Positions 7,649 through 16,488 of a stretch of DNA of 25,597 nucleotides are shown in pieces. A program made the translations under genes and the position numbers. The stretch is from a virus (Duplodnaviria > Heunggongvirae > Uroviricota > Caudoviricetes): the IMG/VR virus record IMGVR_UViG_3300043313_001192, positions 1 through 25,597 of that record; one strand, 5' to 3'. The notes under the pieces were generated by a model, which saw only the letters and a program-made list of their open reading frames with translations, made no database searches and was not told the origin of the DNA. How positions within the stretch are numbered: the stretch's first letter is position 1; each line of letters opens with the position of its first letter.

Positions 7649-8184
7649 GCCTGCGGATCTACCGGCTGGCCAAGGCCCAGCCGGTCTGGGAGCTGTTCGC
7701 CCCGCACCACTACCTGACCCCGGTGCTGACCAAGGGCACCCGCTGCTGGGTCGGCGTGCTGGAGGACACCGACGAGCTGGTGGCGTTCACCTCCTCGATC
7801 CGGATGCCGTCGGGCACCTTGAAGAACGCGTGGCGCGAGCACCGCACCGTGGTGCTGCCGGACTACCAGGGACTCGGCATCGGGTGGCGGATGGCGGAGT
7901 GGCTCGGTGAGTACCACATCCGGCAGGGCGAGCGGCTGTACTCGCGCACCACCCACCCACGGATCGGTGCCGCCCGTGACGCCAGCCCGCTGTGGCGCAA
8001 GACCGCGAAGAGCGGACTGCTGCGCAAGCCCGAGTGGCGCACCGGCGACAAGTGGACCCGCAACAACGACGGTGACCGGGTCCGGATCGCGTTCTCGCAC
8101 GAGTACATGGGAGACAAATCGGACGACACCACCAGACGGGTGACATCGGTCGGTGGTGTGGTGTTAGATCAACCGCACGGGTAA
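7645..8184 (+). CDS. GNAT acetyltransferase, Mom-like
   Basis: GTG 7645 overlaps the ABC stop; WELFAPHHYL motif, acetyl-CoA motif RTVVLPDYQGLGIG, TTHP. Confidence 0.85.
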   Translation: MSLRIYRLAKAQPVWELFAPHHYLTPVLTKGTRCWVGVLEDTDELVAFTSSIRMPSGTLKNAWREHRTVVLPDYQGLGIGWRMAEWLGEYHIRQGERLYSRTTHPRIGAARDASPLWRKTAKSGLLRKPEWRTGDKWTRNNDGDRVRIAFSHEYMGDKSDDTTRRVTSVGGVVLDQPHG

Positions 8185-8220
8185 AGACGGAACGACCAGG
8201 GCGGGGCGGACGGAGCGACT

Positions 8221-8523
8221 GTGAGTGATCGGGCCGTGCTGAAGTGGCCGGTGGCTGTCGACGACCGGCCGCACCGGATCGGCGGCGGGCCGGTGGTGCA
8301 CGTGGACTGCCAGAACCCGCACGACCCGAGCGTGATCACGATCTGGACGATCGAGCCGCGCTACGCCCAGCCCGAGCCCAAGCGTCGGGTGCAGGTCTTC
8401 GGCACCGGCCAGCCGCTGCCCTTCTTCGCCGAGCACCTCGGCACCGCGATAGCGCTGGATGGACAACTTGTCTGGCACGCGTTCCAGCTGCCGGACCCCA
8501 GGAACAACGACGAAAGTGAGTGA
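8221..8523 (+). CDS. Hypothetical phage protein
   Basis: GGAG RBS; VLKWPV...VFGTGQPLP...HLGTA...LVWH pattern typical of a common small phage family. Confidence 0.8.
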   Translation: MSDRAVLKWPVAVDDRPHRIGGGPVVHVDCQNPHDPSVITIWTIEPRYAQPEPKRRVQVFGTGQPLPFFAEHLGTAIALDGQLVWHAFQLPDPRNNDESE

Positions 8524-8527
8524 CCAG

Positions 8528-8809
8528 ATGACGAAGATCGACAAGCGCGAGGAGCTGCTCGCCGCAGCAGCGGCGGGCCTCGGCCTGGTGGCCCAGGGAC
8601 TGGTCGTGGTCAGCGACGCCACCCAGCACGCCGCGGTGGCGCTGGCGAAGGTGGCCAGGTCGCTGGAGGAGCAGCAGAAGGAAGCCCCCGAACCATCCGA
8701 CGGGCCGGGAACGGCATCGCCCGGCTCGTCGGATGTCACCGACCCCAGCGACCCCAACGGGTTCCCCCCGCAGGAGCGCGGTCCGTGGGGCCAGCCACCG
8801 ACGATGTGA
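8528..8809 (+). CDS. Hypothetical protein (alternative GTG start 8516)
   Basis: Follows the CAACGACGAAAG motif; GC3-biased. Confidence 0.65.
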   Translation: MTKIDKREELLAAAAAGLGLVAQGLVVVSDATQHAAVALAKVARSLEEQQKEAPEPSDGPGTASPGSSDVTDPSDPNGFPPQERGPWGQPPTM

Positions 8810-8847
8810 TCTAGACCGGTTGTGACCTGACGAAGTGGTGTGCTAAC

Positions 8848-8866
8848 GTTTACGTCGTAGGTAAAC
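8848..8866. promoter_or_regulatory. Palindromic operator GTTTAC-N7-GTAAAC overlapping a TGTGC-TAACGT -10
   Basis: Same spacing as the sites at 16382 and 17446. Confidence 0.6.
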
Positions 8867-8890
8867 AACGACGCAGAGACGAGGCAGCAC

Positions 8891-9688
8891 ATGTACTTCC
8901 AGGGCATCGACGAGCCGGACACCGAGCCGCGCCGCAACAAGTACAGCGAGAAGAAGAGCAAGTTCACCGAGGAGGTCGCCGAGACCGTCGCCGACGGCGA
9001 CCTGTACCTCTCGATGCGGGCTCGCTCGCACGAGCGGTTCTACGTGCCGGTCGAGGCCGGTGAGCACGGCCTGGAGGAGTCCGGGCTGCTGTGCGTGACG
9101 CACAAGTTCGAGAAGCCGTTCCCCGACCTCAAGGGCCGCTGGAAGGCGTACGACGGCGGCGGCAACCTGGTGATCAAGCTCAACAAGACCCTCGACGGCA
9201 ACGTCGGCTACGAGGCGATGCGCTCGATCGAGCAGGCGCTGTACGCCACACCGCTGGGCCGCGCTGTCGGCCGCGACACCCTGCGCGGGATGGCCGAGTC
9301 GCTGTGCACCACCTTCGGCATCAACCTCGACCGCGACGAGGAGCGCTCCACGTTCACCGTGGACCCGGACGCCGAGAAGCGGGCCAAGAACGCGCTGCGC
9401 GACCTGCTCACCTACGCACCCGAGGGCGGCTACGACGCCCGCCTCGGTGAGATCGGCGCCGACGCCGACGGGGTCGGCTTCGCCGCCGACGCGGGCGAGT
9501 ACACCGAGCTGATCAACGGCCACACCGACGGGTTCGGCAACGGCGACGCCGGTCAGGGCAACCCGCTGCCGTTCCTGTGCCAGCCCGTCTTCTACGCGGT
9601 GCTCGGCTACAAGGGCAACGGCCGGTCCTTCCAGGCCCGGATCAACGCGCTGATGGAGGCTGTCGGCCTCGACGAGCACGACCTGTGA
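8891..9688 (+). CDS. Hypothetical protein, 265 aa
   Basis: GAGG RBS, strong codon bias, own promoter/operator upstream. Confidence 0.85.
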   Translation: MYFQGIDEPDTEPRRNKYSEKKSKFTEEVAETVADGDLYLSMRARSHERFYVPVEAGEHGLEESGLLCVTHKFEKPFPDLKGRWKAYDGGGNLVIKLNKTLDGNVGYEAMRSIEQALYATPLGRAVGRDTLRGMAESLCTTFGINLDRDEERSTFTVDPDAEKRAKNALRDLLTYAPEGGYDARLGEIGADADGVGFAADAGEYTELINGHTDGFGNGDAGQGNPLPFLCQPVFYAVLGYKGNGRSFQARINALMEAVGLDEHDL

Positions 9689-9692
9689 CGAG

Positions 9693-9717
9693 CAACGACA
9701 ACAACGACAACAACGAC
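9693..9717 (+). repeat. Tandem CAACGAC(AA) x3 in an intergenic leader
   Basis: CAACGACAA CAACGACAA CAACGAC directly before the AGGAG RBS. Confidence 0.85.
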
Positions 9718-9731
9718 TAGGAGACACAGCG

Positions 9732-9932
9732 ATGGCAAAGGACTGGAAGTTCCCGCAGGACTCCAAGACCGACAAGAGCGGCTACATGGAGCATCAAGGC
9801 CGCGCGCCCGAGCGCGGCGAGTTCAACGACCAGCAGCTGGCCGACAACCTCGGCATCGGCGTGCAGAACGCACACCAGCGGATCGAGGACGTGACCGAGC
9901 ACCGGACCAGCGACCTGGGAGACGACGACTGA
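9732..9932 (+). CDS. Small hypothetical protein, possible HTH
   Basis: AGGAG RBS; NDQQLADNLGIGVQNAHQRI resembles an HTH. Confidence 0.7.
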   Translation: MAKDWKFPQDSKTDKSGYMEHQGRAPERGEFNDQQLADNLGIGVQNAHQRIEDVTEHRTSDLGDDD

Positions 9933-10447
9933 TGAGCGGGCTGCAGGTGCTGCAGGAGTCACTGCCGAGGTGGGTCCAGGTGCAGCGGCACACGGGTGAT
10001 CCCGTGGTCACCCAGCACGAGGCCGACGGGATCCAGGTCGTCGAGGTGATGGGGTTCCCCGAGTCCCCGACCGACGCCGAGCCGGGCACCTTCACCGACA
10101 CCTCGCCGGACCGGGTGCGCGCCGACGTGCACTTCGTGGAGATCGCGCCGACCGCGGACTTCCCGGACCGCGAGGAGCTGATCACCGCGGTGCGCGGTGC
10201 GCTCGGGGAGGGCGAGTTCGTCGCCATGACCGCCGAGGACCTGTCCAAGGGTCCCTCCTACATCGCGCTGGGTGGCTGGCTGGGCTCCCAGGATCTGGCA
10301 CTGATGCTGATCGGTGCCGTCGAACTGGCCGGGATCGCTCCGGCGATCACCCCGGCGGCGCTGGGTATGACCGGGGCGAGCGCGGACATGCTGGCCGGGA
10401 ACGGTCTGGTCATGATCGGCCCCTCGAAGGTCTGGGGCGAGTCGTGA
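9932..10447 (+). CDS. Hypothetical phage protein
   Basis: TGATG coupling; GC3 bias; GPSYIALGGWLG motif. Confidence 0.8.
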   Translation: MSGLQVLQESLPRWVQVQRHTGDPVVTQHEADGIQVVEVMGFPESPTDAEPGTFTDTSPDRVRADVHFVEIAPTADFPDREELITAVRGALGEGEFVAMTAEDLSKGPSYIALGGWLGSQDLALMLIGAVELAGIAPAITPAALGMTGASADMLAGNGLVMIGPSKVWGES

Positions 10448-10773
10448 CCGGCCTGAGCGAGGTGCTGGGCGAGATCACCCGGCTCGGCCATGAAATCGAC
10501 GAGCTGAAGATCGAGCGCTCGCACCTGACCGGCCAACTGGAACGACTGGCTGGCACCTGGGACAAGCGCTACCCGCAGCCGATGATGACGCCCAGCCACC
10601 AGCACCGGCTGGTCTGCAGCCGGTGCTACTTCCGCTACATGGACACCACCGAGACTCATGTCCGCTTCGGCACCGACTGCACCTACTGCGGCCGGGACGC
10701 CGGGATGGGCGTGGAGATCCAGCGCACCTGGTTCGAGCGGCAGCTGCAGGACGACGAGGTGACGACGTCATGA
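10444..10773 (+). CDS. Coiled-coil plus CxxC...CxxC zinc-finger protein
   Basis: CSRC and CTYC; GTGA overlap. Confidence 0.75.
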   Translation: MTGLSEVLGEITRLGHEIDELKIERSHLTGQLERLAGTWDKRYPQPMMTPSHQHRLVCSRCYFRYMDTTETHVRFGTDCTYCGRDAGMGVEIQRTWFERQLQDDEVTTS

Positions 10774-11588
10774 AGATCCACTGGCCCGACATCGTGCGTA
10801 TCGCCGAGGTGCTGGTGCGCGCTGAGACCGACTCGCTCGACGTGCCGCCGACCCTGCGACGTGTGCACTACCTGCTGGTCTCCAGCGTCGCCGCGACTGC
10901 GGCGGGCTACCGCAACACCCAGGGCTGCTACAAGGGGCTCTCGGACAAGCTGGCCCGCGCCCGTGAGACCGGCGGATTCCCTCGGCTGACCGACCTGACC
11001 CGTCGGGTGCAGTACCCGCTCACTTTCACCGACGAGCAGGACGCCCGCGACTGGCTGGCCGAGCAGTTCATGCTGGACCGGCGGTCGCTGTTCACCCGAC
11101 GCACGGTGATCGCGGTGGAGAAGGCCGGACTTGTCCCGCTGATCCGTTCCCGGTTCGGCTGGATGGACGTGACCGCGCTGTCCGGCTACTCCTCGCTGAC
11201 CCACGCCCAGTCGCTGGTGCGCTACGACGTCATCGTCTACGCCGGTGACTACGACCCCTCAGGGCTGGACATCAGCCGGGACATCGGCGCCCGCACCGGT
11301 GCCGAGGTGGTCCGGGTGGCGCTGTCGCGTGACCAGGTCGACGAGTACGCGCTGGTCCCGATGCCCGCCAAGGGCACCGACTCCCGGCTGGCCTCGATGA
11401 TCGCCAGCGAGGGCTCGGCGATGCAGGTCGAGCTGGACGCGATGGACCCGGCGGTGCTGCTGGACCTGATCGCCGAGGGCGTGGCCGAGGCCACCGATCT
11501 GGAGATCCAGGAGAACGGGTGGCCGGTCACCGACGACCTGGACGCCGAAGAAGAGGCGATCCGTGAGCGACTGCGTGAAGGAGTCTGA
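10770..11588 (+). CDS. Topo VI-A/Spo11-like WHD+Toprim protein (Mini-A-like), 272 aa
   Basis: ATG 10770 (ATGA overlap); TLRRVHY (catalytic Tyr position), AVEK (Toprim Glu), GYSS, YAGDYDPSG (DxD), ELDAM. Confidence 0.85.
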   Translation: MKIHWPDIVRIAEVLVRAETDSLDVPPTLRRVHYLLVSSVAATAAGYRNTQGCYKGLSDKLARARETGGFPRLTDLTRRVQYPLTFTDEQDARDWLAEQFMLDRRSLFTRRTVIAVEKAGLVPLIRSRFGWMDVTALSGYSSLTHAQSLVRYDVIVYAGDYDPSGLDISRDIGARTGAEVVRVALSRDQVDEYALVPMPAKGTDSRLASMIASEGSAMQVELDAMDPAVLLDLIAEGVAEATDLEIQENGWPVTDDLDAEEEAIRERLREGV

Positions 11589-11589
11589 G

Positions 11590-11799
11590 ATGGACCGTCT
11601 TGAGGAGGGCCAGGCAGTCCGAGCGATGCTGCTCGGCTCCCTCCTCGGGGCGGTCATCAGGAATGACGTCCCGGTGCTGATCCGCAGCAGTGAGGAGTGG
11701 GTCGACGAGAACGAGATCATCCAGGCGTTCTCGGTGGTCACCGAGTCGGGGCTCAAGTACCGGATCAGTGTCGAGTTCGAGGGAGAGGAGCCCAGATGA
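11590..11799 (+). CDS. Hypothetical protein
   Basis: AAGGAG RBS before ATG 11590. Confidence 0.7.
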   Translation: MDRLEEGQAVRAMLLGSLLGAVIRNDVPVLIRSSEEWVDENEIIQAFSVVTESGLKYRISVEFEGEEPR

Positions 11800-12278
11800 G
11801 CTACCAGGAGGGCGTCACCGTGCTGGCGATGCGCGAAGGTGACAGCGAGAAGCTGTTCGTCTTCGGCGAGGGTGTCTTCGTCGGGGATCGGCTGATGCCG
11901 GGCACGCCCGAGGAGGGGGTGCCGCCGGACGACTACGAGGCGATCTCCGCGGTGCTGGAGGAGGACGACCTGGTCCCGGTCGAGGAGCACCGGTTCGTGG
12001 TCTGGTACGACGAGTGGCTCCGTGACGGGCGCCCGGTCAAGAAGACCCGCGAGCAGGTGATCGCCGACATGGAGGCCCAGCGTGCTCGCCCGATGGCCGA
12101 GCGGGTCCGCGAGCTGTACCTGGAGACCCGGCTGAACCCGTGCATCTACCTGGACTCCGGCGACATCGTCTACGGCTACCAGTGCTGGTGGGCTCCGGTC
12201 TCCCGGACCGACGAGCGGTTCCCCACCGCCGAGCGGATCATGGTGCCCGTGCCCGAAGGCAACGGACGGTGGCGCTGA
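11796..12278 (+). CDS. Hypothetical phage protein
   Basis: GAGGAG RBS, ATGA overlap; FGEGVFVGD...NPCIYLDSGDIVYGYQCWW motifs. Confidence 0.8.
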   Translation: MSYQEGVTVLAMREGDSEKLFVFGEGVFVGDRLMPGTPEEGVPPDDYEAISAVLEEDDLVPVEEHRFVVWYDEWLRDGRPVKKTREQVIADMEAQRARPMAERVRELYLETRLNPCIYLDSGDIVYGYQCWWAPVSRTDERFPTAERIMVPVPEGNGRWR

Positions 12279-12463
12279 TGGACGAGATCGAGTTCAAGCC
12301 GGAGCGGGTCGCGCTGCACCGGTGCCGGTGCCTGGTCCTGCCGATCGACCGGTGCCCCGCGCTGGTCCCGATGGACCAGCCGGTCTGTGACGACTGCGAG
12401 GTGGCTCACTTCGGTGAACACCGGGAGAGGGACGCCGTCATGGTGCCGCTGGGACAGCCATGA
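12278..12463 (+). CDS. Small Cys-rich protein
   Basis: TGATG coupling; CRC, CP and CDDCxxxH. Confidence 0.65.
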   Translation: MDEIEFKPERVALHRCRCLVLPIDRCPALVPMDQPVCDDCEVAHFGEHRERDAVMVPLGQP

Positions 12464-12726
12464 CCGAGGAGATCCGCAGGGACGCGATGGACTGGGTCAA
12501 CTCGGTGATCGCCTCCGACGAGGCCGAGGCGTGGGAGAACGCCGAGCAGTTCGTGACGCTGACCACCAACGACGAGACCAAGGGCATCTTCATCAACGGC
12601 ATCTTCGACGACGCGGTCGAGGCACTGGCCTGGGCCGACGCGCACCAGCAAGACCTGAACAAGGGGATGGCCCCCGACGAGGACCCGTTCGTGGTCACCG
12701 TGCACCCGGTCGTCCCGATCACCTGA
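12460..12726 (+). CDS. Hypothetical acidic protein
   Basis: ATGA overlap, GC3 bias. Confidence 0.75.
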   Translation: MTEEIRRDAMDWVNSVIASDEAEAWENAEQFVTLTTNDETKGIFINGIFDDAVEALAWADAHQQDLNKGMAPDEDPFVVTVHPVVPIT

Positions 12727-12755
12727 ACACCCAACGACGAAAGCAGAGCATCACC

Positions 12756-13055
12756 ATGAACATGCCGTCCACGCCCGAGCTGGAGAAGCAGAGCGAGATC
12801 GTGCGCTCCGGCAAGGCCGAGCTGATCCAGGAGTTCTACGACTGGCTGCACCAGGAGAAGGGCTGGGTGCTGGCCCGCTGGGTGCCCACCGAGGAGCGTC
12901 ACTCCGGTGACGGGATCTACGGCGAGCAGCCGGTGCCGGTCTACGTCCAGCCCGAGCAGCTGATGGCCGACTTCTTCGGCATCGACCGGGACAAGATCGA
13001 GACCGAGCGCCGAGCGCTGCTAGAGGCCGTGCGGGAGGCGAACACCAGTGGCTGA
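12756..13055 (+). CDS. Hypothetical phage protein
   Basis: ATG 12756 after CAACGACGAAAG; IQEFYDWL...LMADFFGIDRDKIETERRALL. Confidence 0.8.
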   Translation: MNMPSTPELEKQSEIVRSGKAELIQEFYDWLHQEKGWVLARWVPTEERHSGDGIYGEQPVPVYVQPEQLMADFFGIDRDKIETERRALLEAVREANTSG

Positions 13056-13497
13056 GGTGGAGATGGACCCGAAGGTCTACCGGGTGGTCTCGCGGAAGAT
13101 CTGCTGGCCGAACCCGGACGCCACCTGCCTGCACGGCGGCTGCGGCTACTGCGAGGACGGCCGCTGGAAGACGCTGGCCCAGATCATGCGCTACGCCCGT
13201 GGTGCCGGTGTGCTGCCGCACCGGGGCCGCGGTGAGCAGGACGCAGTCGAGGCGTTCACCTACGGGCTGCGCAACGGCTTCTTCGGACGGGTGTCGCTGC
13301 GCACCTCGAAGCAGGCGCTGAGCAAGTGGACGGTGATCCTGCCCGCGCTGGCGCTGAAGAAGATGGCCGAGGGGATGCCGTACCGGCACGAGTCCAACAA
13401 GGCAGAGATCGCGGCCTGGATGCTGCAGTACCGACGCGACATCTTGGAGGAGTCCTACCGGAAGTCGGCCCGGACGATCCTGGTGGAGGTGGACTGA
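13048..13497 (+). CDS. Hypothetical protein with Cys cluster (C-x7-CxxxxCxxC)
   Basis: GGGAGG RBS; ICWPNPDATCLHGGCGYC. Confidence 0.75.
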   Translation: MAEVEMDPKVYRVVSRKICWPNPDATCLHGGCGYCEDGRWKTLAQIMRYARGAGVLPHRGRGEQDAVEAFTYGLRNGFFGRVSLRTSKQALSKWTVILPALALKKMAEGMPYRHESNKAEIAAWMLQYRRDILEESYRKSARTILVEVD

Positions 13498-13724
13498 TGG
13501 GCGTGGCAGTGACGTCGGTCGAGGGGTACCTGTTGATCGAGTGCAAGTTCGACTACGACGAGGACTGGAGGCTGTACCAGAAGCTTCCCGAGACCATGTC
13601 GATCGAGCAGGCTCGGCCCGTGGTCGAAGAGCTTGAGAAGACGGTTGCTCAGTCCCCGGACTTCGAGGAGATGGAGTTTCGGCTCACCTACGTGCGGGTC
13701 GAGACCACGAAGGAGGTGCTGTGA
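13497..13724 (+). CDS. Hypothetical protein
   Basis: GGAGG RBS, TGATG coupling. Confidence 0.7.
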   Translation: MGVAVTSVEGYLLIECKFDYDEDWRLYQKLPETMSIEQARPVVEELEKTVAQSPDFEEMEFRLTYVRVETTKEVL

Positions 13725-13981
13725 TGCCCAAGCGACACCACCCCTACGAGACCATCTGCCCGGACTGCAACCAGACGGTCCAGGTGGATGACCAGGGGCT
13801 GTTCGCGCAGCACCGGGTCAAGGCCCTCACGACCGACAAGTGGGGTGGCCCGGTGAGCTACCAGTCGATCGGACCGGACAACCCGTGGTGTGCTGGCTCA
13901 CGGACGGCTGACCTGAACCCGCCGAAGGGATCGGTGCACGGGATGCAGGGCGGGCTGCCGACGCTGGGGAAGAGGCGCTGA
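13721..13981 (+). CDS. Small zinc-binding protein (CPDC...H...C)
   Basis: AGGAGG RBS; C-terminal VHGMQGGLPTLGKRR tail. Confidence 0.75.
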   Translation: MMPKRHHPYETICPDCNQTVQVDDQGLFAQHRVKALTTDKWGGPVSYQSIGPDNPWCAGSRTADLNPPKGSVHGMQGGLPTLGKRR

Positions 13982-14217
13982 TGGATGCGGAGACCCGAGA
14001 GATGCACCTGACCGCAGGCGAGCACTACGGCCGCAAGGCGACCTGCGGACTCAAGGTCGACTACAAGTCCGAGGAGTCGGCCAACAAGGCGGTGGCGGCG
14101 ATGGGTGCCAAGGGCTCCAAGGTGATGGAGGCGTACCCGTGTTTCTGGTGCGACGGCTGGCACATCGGGCGGGCGATGACCGATGCCGAAGTGTCGAGGT
14201 TCAGCAATGGTCGGTGA
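13981..14217 (+). CDS. Small zinc-finger protein (C..K..Y...A / YxCxxCxGWH family)
   Basis: CGLKVDYKSEESA...AYPCFWCDGWHIG; TGATG coupling. Confidence 0.8.
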   Translation: MDAETREMHLTAGEHYGRKATCGLKVDYKSEESANKAVAAMGAKGSKVMEAYPCFWCDGWHIGRAMTDAEVSRFSNGR

Positions 14218-14545
14218 GGAGGCCGAGCGCAAGGCGCGCGAGGCCCACACCACCCAGTGCGAGGACGTCAACTGCCGCGCGCACGGGCCGTTCCTGCGCC
14301 GGATCAAGGTGCTGGAAGTGGCCCTGGATCGGGAGCGCCGGGCCAACCGGGTGCGGCTGGCCGGAGCCTGGAACGCGTTCCTGGAGCTGGCCCTGCAGGA
14401 CACCCTGGAGGACGGCACCCCGGTGCTGGCCTACGTGCTGCTGACCAACCCCGACCTGCGGCTGCGCCTCTCGGACGCGATGAACCCACGCACCACACCA
14501 ACGACGAAAGAGACGACTGATGAGCTACCCGACCAAGCCCGGTGA
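14207..14545 (+). CDS. Hypothetical protein
   Basis: GAGG RBS before ATG 14207; GC3 bias. Confidence 0.7.
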   Translation: MVGEEAERKAREAHTTQCEDVNCRAHGPFLRRIKVLEVALDRERRANRVRLAGAWNAFLELALQDTLEDGTPVLAYVLLTNPDLRLRLSDAMNPRTTPTTKETTDELPDQAR

Positions 14546-15056
14546 CACCTACACCGCACGGGTGATCGGCACCTACCCCGAGCTGCCCGAGTTCCCGTTC
14601 GACACCAAGGAGAACGACCCGCAGTTCTACTTCGAGAAGGACTTTGACTCCGAGGGCAACCAGACCATGCGGTTCGGTGGCCCGAAGGGTGAGGTGGTGG
14701 TCACCCTGCGCGACGGGGTGTTCACCCACACCCGTCCGGACGGCACCGTGCTGCGCCGCGCAGAGTGGAACGCCAAGAACAGCAGCTGGGACGTGAAGAC
14801 CCAAGCGTCCACGCTCGCCACCTACGACAGCTACATCCACCGCGACGGCGTGACCTGCATCCTGCTGGAGGACGGCACCTGGTTCATCCCGTACGACGCC
14901 GGTGGCGAGGGTGTCACCTGCGAGCGTGAGCACGGGCCGAGCCAGCGCGACGACCGAGCACTGGGCTGGGACCGAGCGCACACGATGCTGTGCCACGACG
15001 TCTACCCGAAGTGCCAGCACCGCAACCCCTGGATGAGAACCCGAGCAACGACATGA
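14520..15056 (+). CDS. Hypothetical protein
   Basis: Follows CAACGACGAAAG; strong codon bias. Confidence 0.8.
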   Translation: MSYPTKPGDTYTARVIGTYPELPEFPFDTKENDPQFYFEKDFDSEGNQTMRFGGPKGEVVVTLRDGVFTHTRPDGTVLRRAEWNAKNSSWDVKTQASTLATYDSYIHRDGVTCILLEDGTWFIPYDAGGEGVTCEREHGPSQRDDRALGWDRAHTMLCHDVYPKCQHRNPWMRTRATT

Positions 15057-15568
15057 GTGAGGACTGGAGCGACATGAGCGACGACAACGAGAACGGAACG
15101 CCGAGCGAGCAGGGCGAGGAGCAGAAGCCTGAGCCGAGCCCCTACCTGACCCGGTCCACGATGCTGCCCGTCGAGGGCGTCATCTACTGCCTGACCCACA
15201 CCGTGGTGCACGAGGACACCGAGAACCCCTACGGCGAGGGACCGGAGAGCTGGTGCAAGAAGGAGGAGCACCGGTCGATCTACTACCGCGGCCACAAGGG
15301 CGACCTCGACGAGCGCGTGGAGACCGAGCCCAACGGTGCACCCCGACCGCGGATCGCCGCAGCGACCAGCAACAGCAGCAAGCTCACCAAGGCCGAGCGG
15401 GGGCTGGTGGTGCGGCTGACCCGGACGCTGCACACCACCCTGAAGCAGACTCGCGAGACGCTGAACCAGATCCTGGGCAAGGACTCCGCCGACGACCTGG
15501 GTGAGAGCGACACGCTGCTGGACCTGACCGGGTCGATCCTGGACAAGCTCGGGGACGACGATGAGTAG
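15053..15568 (+). CDS. Hypothetical protein (alternative start 15074)
   Basis: ATGA overlap; YCLTHTVVH...C...H motif. Confidence 0.75.
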   Translation: MSEDWSDMSDDNENGTPSEQGEEQKPEPSPYLTRSTMLPVEGVIYCLTHTVVHEDTENPYGEGPESWCKKEEHRSIYYRGHKGDLDERVETEPNGAPRPRIAAATSNSSKLTKAERGLVVRLTRTLHTTLKQTRETLNQILGKDSADDLGESDTLLDLTGSILDKLGDDDE

Positions 15569-15935
15569 GCCGACGATCCCGATCGAGCCGGTCCGGGTCG
15601 GTGACCGCTACGAGCGCTCGGACGGCGCCAAGGTCACCATCACGGGCGTCGAGCTGCACCGGGCCGACTACTCGGTGCTCACCGAGGAGGGCACGATCTG
15701 GTCCTCGCACACCCCGCTGCCGGTGCCGGAGACCTGGACCAAGATCGCCTCCGGGCCGGTGCCGCCGGAGGAGAAGACGTGGTGCGTCACGCACCCGCTG
15801 CGTGAGGCCGAGCCAGGGCAGATCTTCTGCCCGGACTGCATCGACCAGGTCGCCGGGAGCTGGTCGAAGTACGCACCGGACGAGGCCGCGGACCTGGTCG
15901 AGCACCTGGTCGCGGAGCAGAAGGGGAAGTCGTGA
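15561..15935 (+). CDS. Hypothetical protein with CxxH...CxxC zinc finger
   Basis: CVTH and CPDC; overlaps both neighbours. Confidence 0.75.
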   Translation: MSRPTIPIEPVRVGDRYERSDGAKVTITGVELHRADYSVLTEEGTIWSSHTPLPVPETWTKIASGPVPPEEKTWCVTHPLREAEPGQIFCPDCIDQVAGSWSKYAPDEAADLVEHLVAEQKGKS

Positions 15936-16393
15936 GCGCGATCGTGAGGAAGGGCGACCGGTTCGCCGCGATGGGGGCCGTGGTGGAGGTACGCCGAGCC
16001 GGGACGACATGGGCCGACATCAAGGTGGTCCAGACACACGGCGCGTCCTGGACCAAGCGGCAGCCGTTGCCGTTCCCCTCGGACTGGCGACGGCTGCCCC
16101 CGCGTCAGGAGGTCGCGATCTGGGAGCCGGAGTGGACCATCCACCCTGGCGTGCACTGGCGCGAGATCATCGAGGAGTCCGGGAGGTCCCAGGCACAGGT
16201 GGCCAAGGAGATGGGCGTCTCGGAGAAGCACCTGTCCCAGATCCTGACCTGCACCGTGCTGCCCGGTGTGGACGCCACGATGAAGTTCGCTGGCGTGATG
16301 GACGTGTCGCCGCGGCTGCTGTGGCGGCTGGCGAGCGACCACAAGCTGGACCTGGCGCTGGGCAAGGTGGACTTGACGCACGATTACCTTTAA
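15932..16393 (+). CDS. XRE-family HTH regulator with HigA-like C-terminal domain
   Basis: IHPGVHWREIIEESGRSQAQVAKEMGVSEKHLSQILTC...FAGVMDVSPRLLWRL is a HigA/VapI-like pattern; ~65-aa extra N-terminal domain. Confidence 0.8.
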   Translation: MSAIVRKGDRFAAMGAVVEVRRAGTTWADIKVVQTHGASWTKRQPLPFPSDWRRLPPRQEVAIWEPEWTIHPGVHWREIIEESGRSQAQVAKEMGVSEKHLSQILTCTVLPGVDATMKFAGVMDVSPRLLWRLASDHKLDLALGKVDLTHDYL

Positions 16394-16435
16394 GGTAAAG
16401 GTATAACTATACCTGTCAGACGGGTGTGGTAGACT
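16382..16435. promoter_or_regulatory. Two adjacent palindromes plus an extended -10 promoter
   Basis: TTACCTT-T-AAGGTAA (16384-16398), AGGTATA-AC-TATACCT (16399-16414), TGTGG-TAGACT (-10 at 16430-16435); AT-rich island. Confidence 0.65.
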
Positions 16436-16488
16436 GTGCTCGTACCGCTTGCGATGAAAGACAGACCGAAGCCACGAATGTAGGGACG

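Noticed and set aside
10770-11588. Wadjet JetD or host defence island
   Set aside because: No jetABC/SMC genes; it is embedded among phage early genes and fits a stand-alone Mini-A-like protein better
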